Of a stretch of 64,000 bases of DNA, positions 13,876 through 26,590 are shown one piece after another (position 1 is the first letter of the stretch; every line of letters begins with the position of its first letter). The notes beneath the pieces were generated by a model. The model was given only the letters and a program-made list of their open reading frames with translations, was not told the origin of the DNA and did no database searches. The position numbers and the translations under genes are program-made. Source of the DNA: the human T2T-CHM13v2.0 reference genome, Homo sapiens. Location: the NCBI GenBank assembly GCA_009914755.4, contig CP068257.2, forward strand, positions 21,504,001 through 21,568,000. Direction: 5' to 3'.

Positions 13876-16836
13876 AATAAACATCACATCATACTCATCC
13901 TCTGAAATGTCTTTTACATGTGTCCCTTTCTGTCTAGTCTTGCTGATACTGTATTGGCCTGCACCATTGAATTCATTCTGAGGCCGACTGGAGCACAGGC
14001 TTTCCAATGATCCCTTCATAATTGGCTTTTGACTTACCCACTAACTGATTTTTCCTGAAATTTAGGATTTCTTATTGTGTCACTCTGCAGCTTTAAAATA
14101 TTAATTGACTCTATATAGTAAATATTGCTGAGGTTTGTAATTCTGCCTTTCAAAGCCTTGATAGTTTTTATCACTGTGCTGACTCAATTGTATCACTCCC
14201 TAATTTTCTGACTTGCAGTTTTAAGTTACAAACAACTCATTTTAGAGGAAGTAACTCTTGTACACATAAACCACCATAGTTTTTCATATTCTCATGACTT
14301 CATTTGATTTCCTGTCTCTTAAAATCCTCCTGTCTTTACTCTTCTTCCAGTCCCCACATCAGTTAAGGATGAACTGAAAGTCAAGCTTTCTTAGGAATCA
14401 TGCTTTGGAATCTCTTCTGTAAAGCCTCAATAGTGTCTTCTTTCAGCATTGCTCATAGGAGCATAAAGCTCTATTCAGTGGAATGGTTTATTGCATGTGT
14501 ATTGCTTCCCAGTGGGGTCGTGTGTACAAAAGCCAAGACTGTAGAGTCAGTGTGAGAGAGGACAGGGTACATACATTTCCTCAAGCTTCATGAGGGCAGG
14601 GAAATTATATACACATCTTTATTCCCTTCATAGAATTAATGCCAGTAAGGAAACGTATTTTGGGTTGTTTTTATTTGTTTGAAGTAGTGGGATATTTTGG
14701 ACAAATGCAATTTAAAGAAGATTATGGCAGGAATAAAGCATGTTGACTTTAAGCTGTAACTACTCATTGTTTGTCTGTGCAGTACCTAATGTCATGACTC
14801 ACATCCCCTCCTCAAGGACTACAGTTTCGTTTACAGCCTAGTGTGACTGCAATGAAATTCAGTCTATGTCAGCGAACCTGTCAAATTCAACATCATGTCC
14901 TGTCATTGTCTCCAGAGCAATGAGGTGTTACTGTGATTGATCTGCATAGTTGCCAAATACTTGACATCATTCAGCTATGCCCTGAGCTTTGAATGAGTTC
15001 ATGGTTATCAAACAACATATATGTATATATATGAAACTATTTAACTGGAAAGTCTTGTGGCATTAATATTACTAAATCCATTGTGATTTGTGCCAAATGT
15101 GTTTAAAAAGTGTAATCTGTGATATTGAATGGGATATTTGGGCTTTAAGTTATATTTCAAAATTTTGTATAGCTACAGTGTACTAACTCATCTTTAGGAA
15201 ACAAAGTTCTATTTTCACTGCCCTATGATAAAACTTTTAAAATTTCATTTCAAATTGTTAAAAAGTGGCAATTATAAAAGCATAAAAGGTTTTACAGAAT
15301 AATGTGTAATATTAATATTTCTACATACAAATGACTTTTTGGAACATTTTACTCATTCCTAGCTCAAATGCATGAATGATTTTTTGTGAAAAAATTAAAG
15401 TCTTGTATTAAAAGAAGCTAGTTTTACTCATTTCATTGTCATTATGTCTAAGGAGAAATAATAATTATTTAAAATAATTTAATTAATTTTTTGTATCACA
15501 TTTCCTCAAATTTCTGATTTTGTTATTCTACAACAAACCAGTATTTTATGCATCATGAATGAAGGAAACATAGATACTTCCAATAGGATCATGATATAAT
15601 TTTTTATAATAATTTAATAGTTGCACATTTGGTGAAAAATCCATTTCACTCTTAGAGACTTATAAAATTACATATTACTCTTGAGATGACTAAGAAAGAT
15701 GTGATGAATGAAGTTATTCAGTTAATGTATTTCTAAAAATCTTTCTGTTGATAATTAAATTCTCCTGAATCAATTTTTGATTGAGTTGTTGATATTTATA
15801 TTTTTATATACTATTATCTTAAGATATCTTACATTTTAAGAATCAAAATTCTTAAGAGGGCTTAATTACTGACTCTGAGGTTTCTTAATATTGTGACACC
15901 TATTTTGCAAGTTTATGTGTATTCAAGCAGACAATATCAATTACATAATGCCTATCAACAGCCACTAAGTGATTGTAAGGTCAATTCTGATTTCATGTAT
16001 ATTGAAATGTGAGAAAAACGTGTAGCCTTAAAGGATGAAATAAAATGTAATAGTGTTTTCCTTCCATTTACGAACAAATTTAATGTAAATAATTTAATTT
16101 CAGACAATATTTTGTAAAAATACATTTGTTGAAAAATTGTTTTGGCATTCTTCCCGAATATAACTTTGTCACTGTTTTCTTTTTCAGCCTTCGCTGCAGA
16201 GGCAGCTTATTCTTATCAAATACCCCTTAGGTTTTTGTGTAGATGTATTTTACTTAATTTATCTCTTATAATTAACTTGGGGTCACGTGGCTAAGTTCTT
16301 GCTAAAAGACTGTGAGCAAAGGGAAGGCATATACCTCTGGGTTAAGGCTGTTAAGATCCAGTGTGCCTCCTACTTCCTTCCCTTTCAATCTCGTGGAGAC
16401 CTTGGAATCTACACATGGGAAGACAGTAATACAAAGTGTGTAGCCTGGATTCTTCAAGTGCGTGATGCTTGATAAGCTTACCTCGGTAAACAGCTTATTT
16501 TTCAAAAGCACTGATTTTGGCATTTTTCTCTGTTTATGCTGATCTAGGTAATGACGCTGATGGCAAATTTCTATATAAGTTGGGTCCTATAGTTTATAAA
16601 CTGTGAAATTTATCATCATTGAAATATGAGATTTTGGAATTGAACAAAATAATCTCCTTCTGGTAAATACTTAACATATTTGTGAGCTGAGATAATTTTA
16701 ATTTTGAAGGAAAAGAAATTACCACCAGTTACATAGATGATATTGGGAACCAAGAATGGTTACTCTCCCTGCTGCTGCTATGTAAGCCATACCTTCTGAT
16801 TCTGCTTCTAAGTCAACAAGTAAAAAACATAAAATA

Positions 16837-17184
<348 letters not shown>

Positions 17185-17592
17185 TTAAATATGAAACGTT
17201 ACACTTTGGATAGGTTAGAAGCATCCAAATATATATGACAAATATATTTTGTTTATTATAAGCCCCAAAAGGCTAACAGATAAAGAGTTTAACGGAACAG
17301 TACATCATTCCATTTGGTTACTTAAAAGATATAAGTCTTATTTTTCCTTTCTTATAATAACTTCACAATTGATGGCATTACAGGCAAAAATTTTTTTTAA
17401 AGAAGTGTAATACAGTCTCACCAGCAGGTTGTCCCTTGCCTCTAGCCTTTCTGTTCTTGCCTCAGTTTGCCTTCTTTGTGTGAAGCCTGAGAGTATGAAC
17501 AGGTGAATGTCATCCTATGCCAAGGGTTGAGTTGCAGCTCTTAAATCATTCCCTCATATTGAATAAAAAATAAATACACACCTGTCAGATAT

Positions 17593-17619
17593 ACACATAC
17601 ACAAACACACACACACACA
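17593..17619. repeat. Imperfect (CA)n microsatellite
   Basis: ACACATACACAAACACACACACACACAA. Confidence 0.6.
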
Positions 17620-19618
17620 AAGCTTAAGTGGACGTACAGATTTTAATTGTATCCTCCATGGATTATTTAGGGGACACCTGCATAATTTGAATATTTAGGC
17701 CACTTTTAGATGATGCTAATACTTTGAAACTGCTTATCATTCACTTTAAGGACTGTTGTCCATGAGACTTAAAGCATTTAAAACTTTAAATTTATGTCAT
17801 TGAGCCACTTACAGCACATAGACCATTTATTATAGATTTAATTCACTTTTTGGGAAATTTTGTGATTAATCTGAAATGATAATAAGTTTACAACAGACTT
17901 AGAGTGTGATTTATGAAATATTTCTTTCAATATCAACTTTGCTGCATTTTATCAAAAAACATTTGGTCTGGAAGCAATTAAAAATGTAAATGATTATTAT
18001 AGGCACATAGTGCAGTACTCACTTAAAGAAGGTTACACTTTAGGGCCATTTCTGACTTTTCTTAAGTAAAATAATTTTGCACTTAAAAAACTAAAATCAA
18101 ATTACCAAGCAGTGTTGGTCGCCATTAATTTTATAGTGTAAAGATTAATTCTCTTTTATTTTATGATTTGTAAGGTGTAATATTAGGAATAAATTGCAAT
18201 TGCTAATTCGATCTTAGGTTAAATAAAAAGAAAATGGCTTTTTCATGGTGTTCAAGACGAAGCATAAGGTATAGAGAAAAGTGTCACTGAAGATTTCGTA
18301 CTTTTAAGAAATCGTGTAATTTTCATCGGAATCATCAAGCATCACATTACAAATGACATTTAGCTATCTAGATCAGCTTATAAAATCTTTACTAAAGGAA
18401 ATTTTGAGATCATTTCGGATAATGTGAAATAAATTATAAATTGAGCTGACAATTTCATTAAAGAGATTGAAAATTTTATATATTTGTTTAATTTTCCATA
18501 TAATGGCCTTCACTTTTTACACAATAGCTTAGGAATTTAAACAATTTTTAAAGACACCCTATAGTTTGTGAAAATATTTTTAGAACCACTGAACTTCAAG
18601 AAATTGTTTTGATGTAATCTCCCACTGTGAGAGCAAAATTCTGTAGCCATATAAACACTGGTATCATAAACAAAAACATTATTATCTTATTGATTAATGA
18701 ACCTATTAATTTATTCATTTGTTTATTGAGTAAGTACTTTCTATTGTCCACATGACTCAGTACTCAGTTATAAAATCATATCACGTGCATGTCTACTTCT
18801 TTCTTATACTGCTGAAATACTTAAAAAATGATATCTTGAAAGCAGATTTTTAAATGATGTCTACTTCCCCTACATTACTGGTAAGAAGTTGAAAATTAAC
18901 AGAATGCTGCCACGTGATTTCATTTCAACATCCTAGATCTGGGTGCTATTCTTAAATATTTGTCAATTCCAAAAAACTAAGTTTTACATGTCTTTCCAAT
19001 CACCCAGCTTACACCTAAATTCCCTTCTGTCAAGTATAACCCAGCTATTTTGTAATCCTTTTTTTGTGCTCAAATCTGCTCATTTTTTTCTAAATTCTTT
19101 ATTTTTGTTTCCACCATTCCAGCAGTCATTTTAACCTCAGTCCCACACTGAGCTTAGATTTCTAACTGTAGTTTGTCTGCTTAGTCTCTCTCATACTTAT
19201 TTCTTTGATTTATTGTTGATTCTGAGTGCTTCATGTAACTAGTAAAACTTTATATAGCATTTTTATTATTACAAAAATCCATCTATGTTAATTATAGAAA
19301 GCTTAGCATATACAGGTGAGACAGTATAAAAATTATCTATCACCTTTGCACTATGTATTCAAGTATTGCTAAACATTTTCTCCACCTCTTGTTCTTTTCA
19401 TCCATAAATCTACCTCGCTTCTAAATAATCGTATAAAACATTGTAGCATACATTTATATGAGCCTTGTGATTTAATCTAAGTATAAAAATTTATGTTTTA
19501 TTCAATTTTATGAATATTTATGCTGTAGTTATTTAGTCCTAGTTTTGGGCACTTAGATGACTTCCAAATGTTGAATTTACTAAAAACATGAAGCAATGAC
19601 AAATGTGCATTTTTATGA

Positions 19619-20816
19619 TTTCCTTCTGATTAAGAGTTAGAAGGATTCTGTATTAAAAGATAGGAACAGTTTTCCTGCATATGGCTAGCCAGTTTTCCCA
19701 ACATCATTTATTAAATAGGGAATCCTTTCCCCATTGCTTCTTTTTGTCAGATTTGTCAAAGATCAGATGATTGTAGATGTATGGTGTTATTTCTGAGGCC
19801 TCTGTTCTGTTCCATTGGTCTGTATGTCTGTTTTGGTACCAGTACCATGCTGTTTTGGTTACTGTAGCCTTGTAGTGTAGTTTGAAGTCAGGTAGTGTGA
19901 TGCCACCAGCTTTGCTGTTTTGCTTAGGATTGTCTTGGCTATACAGGCTTTTTTTTTTTTTTTGGTTCCATATAAAATTTAAAGTAGTTTTTTGTAATTA
20001 TATGAAGAAAGTCAATGGTAGCTTGATGGGAATAACATTGAATCTATAAACTACTTTGGGCAATATGACCATTTTCACAATATTTATTCTTCCTATTGGT
20101 GAGCATGAAATGTTTTTTTCATTTTTTTGTGTCTCTTATTTCCTTGAGCAGTGGTTTCTTGAAGAAGTCCTTCATATGCCTTGTAAGTTGTATTCCTAGG
20201 CATTTTATTCTCTTTGTAACAATTGTGAATGGGAGTGCACTCATGATTTGGCTCTCTGTCTATTATTGGTGTATAGGAATGCTTGTGATTTTTACACATT
20301 GATTTTGTATCCTGAGATTTTGTTGAAGTTGCCTTATCAGCTAAAGGAGATTTTGGGCTGAGACGATGGGGTTTTCTAAATATACAACCTTGTCATCTGT
20401 AAACAGAGACATTTTTACTTCCTCTTTTCCTATTTGAATACCTTCCTCTTGCATGATTGCCCTGGCCAGAACTTCCAATACTGTGTTGAATAGAAGTGGT
20501 AAGAGAGGGCATCCTTGTCTTGTGCTGGTTTTCAAAGGGAATGCTTCCAGCTTTTGTCCATTGAGTATGATATTGGCTGTGGGTTTGCCATAAATAGCTC
20601 TTATTATTTTGAGATATGTTCCATCAATACCTAGTTAATTAAGAGTTTTTGGCATGAAGGGGTGTTGAATTTTATCAAAGGCCTTTTCTGCATCTATTGA
20701 GATAATCATGTGATTTCTGTCATTGGTTCTGTTTATGTGATGGATTATGTTTATTGATTTGTGTATGCTGAACCAGCCTTGCATCCCAGGATGAAGCTGA
20801 CTTGATCATGGTGGAC
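19619..20816 (-). mobile_element. L1 (L1PA-like) ORF2 segment, inverted portion of a 5'-inverted L1 insertion
   Basis: Reverse-complement translation gives L1 ORF2 reverse-transcriptase peptides, for example [60 protein letters not shown]. The nucleotide sequence matches antisense L1 (CCATTGCTTCTTTTTGTCAGATTTGTCAAAGATCAGATG..; GTTGTATTCCTAGGCATTTTATTCTCTTTGTAACAATTGTGAATGGGAGT). It abuts the plus-strand L1 segment at 20816/20817. Confidence 0.85.
20341..20535 (-). pseudogene. L1 ORF2 reverse-transcriptase remnant (ORF-track entry)
   Basis: The 64-aa ORF matches the L1 ORF2 RT motif ..[62 protein letters not shown]. Confidence 0.85.
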
Positions 20817-22012
20817 CCCTCCCTTACAACTTATACAAAAATTAACTCAAGATGAATTAAAGATTTAAACGTAAGACCTAAAACCATAAAATCCCTAGAC
20901 GAAAACCCAGGCAATACCATTCAGGACATAGGCATGGGCAAAGACTTCATGACTAAAACAACAAAAGCAATGGCAACAAAAGCAAACATTGACAAATGGG
21001 ATCAAATTAAACTAAAGAGCTCCTCCATAGCAAAAGAAACTATCATCAGAGTGAACAGGCAGCCTACAGAATGGGAGAACATTTTTGCAATCTATCCATC
21101 TGACAAAGGGCTAATATCAAGAATCTACAAAGAACTTAAACAAATTTACAGGAAACAAACAAACAACCCCATTAAAAAGAGGGTGAAGGATATGAACAGA
21201 CACTTCTCAAAAGAAGACATTTATGTGGCCAAAAAACATATGAAAAAAAAGCTCATCATCACTGGTCATTAGAGAAATGCCAATCAAAACCACAATGAGC
21301 TATCATCTCACACCAGTTAGAATGGCGATCATTAAAAAGTCAGGAAACAACAGATGCTGGAGAGTATGTGGACAAATAGGAACACTTTTACACTGTTGGT
21401 GGGAGTGTAAATTAGTTCAACCCTTCTGTAAGATATTGTGTTGATTCCTCAAAGAGCTAGAACCAGAAATATCATTTGACCCAGCAATCCCATTACTGGG
21501 TATATACCCAAAGGATTATAAATCATTCTACTATAAAGACACATGCACACATATGTTTAATGCAGCACTATTCACAATAGCAAAGACTTGGGACCAACTC
21601 AAATGCCCATCAATGATAGACTGGATATAGAAAATGTGGCACATATATGCCATGGAATACTATGCAGCCTTAAAAAAGGATGAGTTTATGTCCATTGCAG
21701 AGACATGGATGAAGCCGGAAACCTTCATTCTCTGCAAAATAACACAGGAACACAAAAGCAAACACCGCATGTTCTCACTCATAAGTGGGAGTTGAACAAT
21801 GAGAAAACATGGACAGAGGGAGGGGAACATCACACATCAGGGCCTGTTGGGTGGTGAGCAGCTAGGGGAAGGATAGCATTAGGAGAAACACCTAATGTAG
21901 ATGACAGGTTGATGGGTGCAGCAAACCACGATGGCATGTGTATACCTATGTAACAAACCTGCACGTTCAACACATGTATCCTAGAACTTAAAGTATAATT
22001 TAAAAAAAAAAA
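20817..22012 (+). mobile_element. L1 (L1PA-like) 3' segment: ORF2 C-terminus, 3'UTR and poly(A)
   Basis: CTTATACAAAAATTAACTCAAGATGAATTAAAGATTTAAACGTAAGACC.. translates to L1 ORF2 C-terminal peptides ([28 protein letters not shown].., [32 protein letters not shown]..). It ends TATCCTAGAACTTAAAGTATAATTTAAAAAAAAAAA. Confidence 0.9.
20934..21272 (+). pseudogene. L1 ORF2 C-terminal remnant (ORF-track entry)
   Basis: The 112-aa ORF matches the L1 ORF2 C-terminal region (..[94 protein letters not shown]). Confidence 0.9.
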
Positions 22013-22645
22013 GATGTGAACATTTTTGAGAAATTTTTAAACTGCAATTTAACATATGTTTGATATTTGAAAACATAAAAACAAAATAGAGACAGGAAAG
22101 TCCAATGAGGGTGAAAATTACCCAGTCACACTTCGCTAGCATAACTACTTTTAACTTTCCTTCTTACGTGTTTTCGGTAATATCTGTATCTAAAACTATA
22201 CCTTTATGCCTATATACATCTGTAAGAAAGGAAAAAAGAGAATAAAAAAACTCTATCCATGTAGGTATATTTAGATATAGCTTATATATATACATATAAA
22301 TATATACTTCTATACCTATATCTATTTACCTGTGTCAGTATCTACTTATAGGTACATAAATATATTTCTAAACCTATTTATATATGTACATCTATATGGG
22401 TATATAGAGCTTTTTTTCTGTTTGTCTTTCCTCACATCAATCAGGATTTTCCTAATAGTTTTTATATTACTGCTTCAGGTGATATCTTTTAACATTAAAA
22501 TTACTGATTTAGATTTTTCTACAATACTGTATTTTTACTAATTCAAATGTAGATTTTAAGGTGTCATTACTTTAATTTTCATTTGATTTCAACAAGTATG
22601 AATTTGACTACGTTTACTTCCCATTCTATTCAGTTTTATTGCATA

Positions 22646-22958
22646 CTTTTTTTTTTTTTTTTTTTTTTTTTTTAGACAGGGTCTGCCTTTGTCACCTAGG
22701 CAGGAGTTCAGCAGTGCCATCATTGCTCGCTGCTGCAGCCTTAACCTCTCGAGCTCAAGCTGTCCTCCCACCTCAGCCTCCTGAGTACCTGCAACTACAG
22801 GCATGTGCCACCATGGCCAGCATTTTTGCATTTTTTTGTAGATATGGGGGTCTCATTATGTTTCCCCGGCTGGTCTCCAACTCCTGAGCTCAAGCAATCT
22901 GCCTGCCGCGACCTCCCAAAGTCCTGGGACTACAGGCATGAGCTACCAGATCCGGACC
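22646..22958 (-). mobile_element. Alu SINE, full-length, reverse orientation, older and more diverged
   Basis: Poly-T(25) followed by AGACAGGGTCTGCCTTTGTCACCTAGGCAGGAGT..CTCAGCCTCCTGAGTACCTG..GGGACTACAGGCATGAGCTACCAGATCCGGACC. It shows many substitutions relative to young Alu. Confidence 0.85.
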
Positions 22959-23900
22959 ATACATTGTCTTTTAATGTTGTCTATCCTCTTATATTAGTTT
23001 TATGCTGTTACTCTGAAAATGTTATGTTTTAATTTTTAGTTCAATTGTATTTATATATATATATAAAACCGTCATACATATGCTTTGAGAATATGCATTA
23101 TATATAATATGTAATATGCATTGAGAAGTTTTTTAAATTTTCCGATATTTTATCTTTATTTGCCAGCAAGATTTATTATTAAAAATGTAATTATAGCAAC
23201 ATTTATGTCATTTCTCTACATGTTCAGCATTCTTTTCATCTATTATAAGGAAATAATAAATGCTTGATATGGAATGTTTTATACATAAAATATACAAAGT
23301 AATGCTATATTGAGCATCAATTTACCTGTGACTCAACTAAAGAAGGAAAATAGATAATTTTAAGTCAAGTCAATATTTTGTTGTTGGTAGACCTTTTCAA
23401 TGAGAGTCCTATTTGAACTATTCTTATCTCCCACTCTTCTTTGCAGTAATATTCCCTAAGTAACAGACTTTACTCATTTTTGACTGAGTTGTGATTTTTA
23501 AAGAATATATGTTTCAAAAGATCAAATGTGAATTTCTCTTTTACCTTCTCTCTTACCACTTAGTCTATTGACACAGTCTCCTAGATCTGCAACTGCTGTG
23601 TTTACGTACAGATTAAGCCCAACATTAGTTAAAATTCCGTTCTATGCTTAGTATTCATCTAATGCACAGATGTTTGTCTTCCCTCTCAGTAAAATATATT
23701 TCTCATACAACACTCTTTATTAGTCTTTCTTATTTATCTAGTTGTTTGTTTCTGAGGGTTTTGTATCTAAATAATTTTGGAATGATAATGGTTGTGGAAT
23801 AATTTTCCCATGTTCTCTGACAGTTTCAGAAAGCAGTAACTGCATAGCAGAGGGCAGAGGGATAGAGCTCCAACTTAGTATTAGAAGTTCATAGGCTTGA

Positions 23901-24304
<404 letters not shown>

Positions 24305-24664
24305 CTATTAAATCTAGTTTAATAGCTCTTTCTGCCTTTGAAGGAAAGTTGGGAAATGTTGCTATAAAGGCATTTTTTTGTATCTAAATGAATTTTCCAA
24401 TGCTGTCGTATTGCTGAGAAATTTTGTGTACACAAAAATTTTAAGTAGGAAATTTTTTTTTCAAAAACTAAAGTGATGAAATATACAATAGTATCCTTTT
24501 TAGATATCACTCAGCCCCACAACCACTTGTGAGTATAAAACCTTGACTGCGTTAATATGCCCCACAATATCTGAACAATGTCATCTCTGAAATTGAACTG
24601 TTGATGCATTGTGATCCATTTACTGCAATATATGGCAATAGCCTTTTGATCCAATATTTGGAAT

Positions 24665-24895
24665 ACATTAATTTCCAATATACAAAAAATAGAAATATAC
24701 AATTATATACAAATATATAAAAATATACAAATATATGCACAAAAAATATACAAATATATACACAAAACATATGCTATATACAAATGTATACAAATATATA
24801 CACAAAAATATATACAAATACACAAAAATATACAAATATATAAATATACATATATATCAAAATATATACACAAAAATATGCAATAATTTGGAAAT
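24665..24895. repeat. AT-rich minisatellite, (ATACAAATATATACACAAAA)-like units; left arm of inverted pair
   Basis: Degenerate roughly 20-bp periodic AT-rich array. Positions 24758-24803 are the exact reverse complement of 25891-25936. Confidence 0.85.
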
Positions 24896-25269
24896 AATTG
24901 GGCCTATTTCTCTTTGTCTTTATACTGTGCCAAGAGATGCTAATGTCTTAAACTCAGCCTTTTGACAGTGATAATTTAATTTTTAAAGTGTTGCTTTCAA
25001 AATCTCCCACCACACTAATTTTGGCCATATCAAATTAAAAACCATCAGACTAGTTTATATTAACAATTCCTAACATTTATATCAATCTGACTATCCAACA
25101 GTCAATATCATAACACTTTTACATACATTAAGTAGTTTAAGCTCTTTGAACACCTGTCAAGTTTGGAACTAGTATGGTCTCCAATTTATTTATAAGACAC
25201 TGAAACACCAAGAAGTCAAATGACCTACCTCATGTCAACAAACCACCAAGTGGCAATACCCAAATCAGA

Positions 25270-25645
25270 AGCCTGCTTCCAGGTCCTATTTGTCTGATTT
25301 CTCTTGTTTATAGCAGAATGCCTGAAACTGGTTATTTATAAAGAAAAGGAATTTATTTCTTACAGTTATGGAGGCTGAGAAGTTCAATGTTGAGGAGCCG
25401 TATCAGGTGAGAGTTGGTAGGGACTCTTTGAATAGTCCTAAGGCAGCACAGTCGGCCAGCAGACTGAGGATGCTCGTGGGCTTGCTCCCTTCTGTCATCC
25501 GCTTCTCATAAAGACACCAGTTCCACTCCATGATAACCCATTATTCCATGAATCCATGAAGAGATTAATCCATTTGTAAGGGCAGAGCCTCATGATTCAA
25601 TCACCTCTTAAAGATCCTGCCTTTCAATACTGCCATATATTTTAT
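25270..25645 (-). mobile_element. MaLR LTR (MLT1-like), reverse orientation
   Basis: Reverse complement carries MaLR LTR hallmarks: ..TTCTCAGCCTCCATAACTGTAAGAAATAAATTCCTTTTCTTTATAAATAACCAG (3' end) and ..TTAAGAGGTGATTGAATCATGAGGCTCTGCCCTTACAAATGGATTAATC. Confidence 0.7.
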
Positions 25646-25649
25646 GATG

Positions 25650-25652
25650 GCA

Positions 25653-25693
<41 letters not shown>

Positions 25694-26215
25694 CTAGCAT
25701 GTTTTGTATATGTATGTATGTTTTGTGTATATATTTGTATTTTTTATATATTTGTATATTTATATATTTGTATATATATAATCTAGCATATGTTTTGTGT
25801 ATATATTTGTATATTTTTGTGTATATATTTTAATATATTTGTATATTTATATATTTGTATATTTTTGTGTATTTGTATATATTTTGTATATATATTTGTA
25901 TACATTTGTATATAGCATATGTTTTGTGTATATATTTGTATATTTTTTGTGCATATATTTGTATATTTTTATATATTTGTATATATGTATATATTTTTGT
26001 ATATATAATCAATCATGTTTTGTGTATATAGTTGTATATATGTATATATTTTTGTGTATATATTTGTACTTTTATATATTTGTATTTGTATATTTATTTT
26101 TGTGTATATATTTGTATATTTTTTGTGTATATATTTGTATATATTGAGTATATATTTTGTATATATCTAGTATACATATATATATATATAAAGTCTGACA
26201 TATGTTTTGTGATAT
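25650..26215. repeat. AT-rich minisatellite: (TA)18 at 25654-25689, then (TTTGTGTATATATTTGTATA)-like units; right arm of inverted pair
   Basis: Complex tandem array with an irregular higher-order period, marked by recurring GCATATGTTTTGTGTATATA. It is the reverse complement of the 24665-24895 array, with an exact 44-46 nt match. Its translation produces the spurious Y/I/F/V-rich ORFs at 25797-26238. Confidence 0.9.
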
Positions 26216-26225
26216 ATTTTGTACT

Positions 26226-26590
26226 TGCTATTGTTTGAATGTGTCCCCTTCAAAGTTTAGCTGTTGCCAATGTCATAGTATTAAGACCTGGAGCTTTAAG
26301 AGGTGATTAAGTCATTAGGGATTCTCCCTCATGTATGGGATTAAGGCTGATGTAAAAGAAGCTTCACACAATACTTGGCTGTTCTTCTGCCGTCTGCCAT
26401 GTTAGGACACAGCATTTCTCCCCTGCAGAGGATATAACCCTCACCAGACAATCAAGCCCATGAGAATCTTTGTCTTGGACTTCTCAGCCTCCAGAAATAT
26501 AAGAAAATATATTTCTATTGTTTATAAATTACCAATTTTCAGGTATTTTGTTACAGCAGGACAGAGTAAGCAGAACTTATGTAATATTGG
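26226..26590 (+). mobile_element. MaLR LTR (MLT1-like)
   Basis: TGCTATTGTTTGAATGTGTCCCCTTCAAAGTTTAGC..TTTAAGAGGTGATTAAGTCATTAGGG..GGACTTCTCAGCCTCCAGAAATATAAGAAAATATATTTCTATTGTTTATAAATTACCAATTTTCAGGTATTTTGTTACAGCAG. Confidence 0.75.

Noticed and set aside
14560-14650. Possible MIR fragment (..CCTCAAGCTTCATGAGGGCAGGGAAATTATATACACATCTTTATTCCC..)
   Set aside because: Only a short motif (CATGAGGGCAGGGA) resembles the MIR core. That is too little to call.
25797-26238. ORFs of 60-116 aa rich in Y/I/F/V/C (25797-26147 +, 25830-26012 -, 26032-26238 +, also 24552-24965)
   Set aside because: These are translations of the AT-rich minisatellite (TTTGTATATA-type units). They have periodic low-complexity composition and no start or stop context, so they are not genes.
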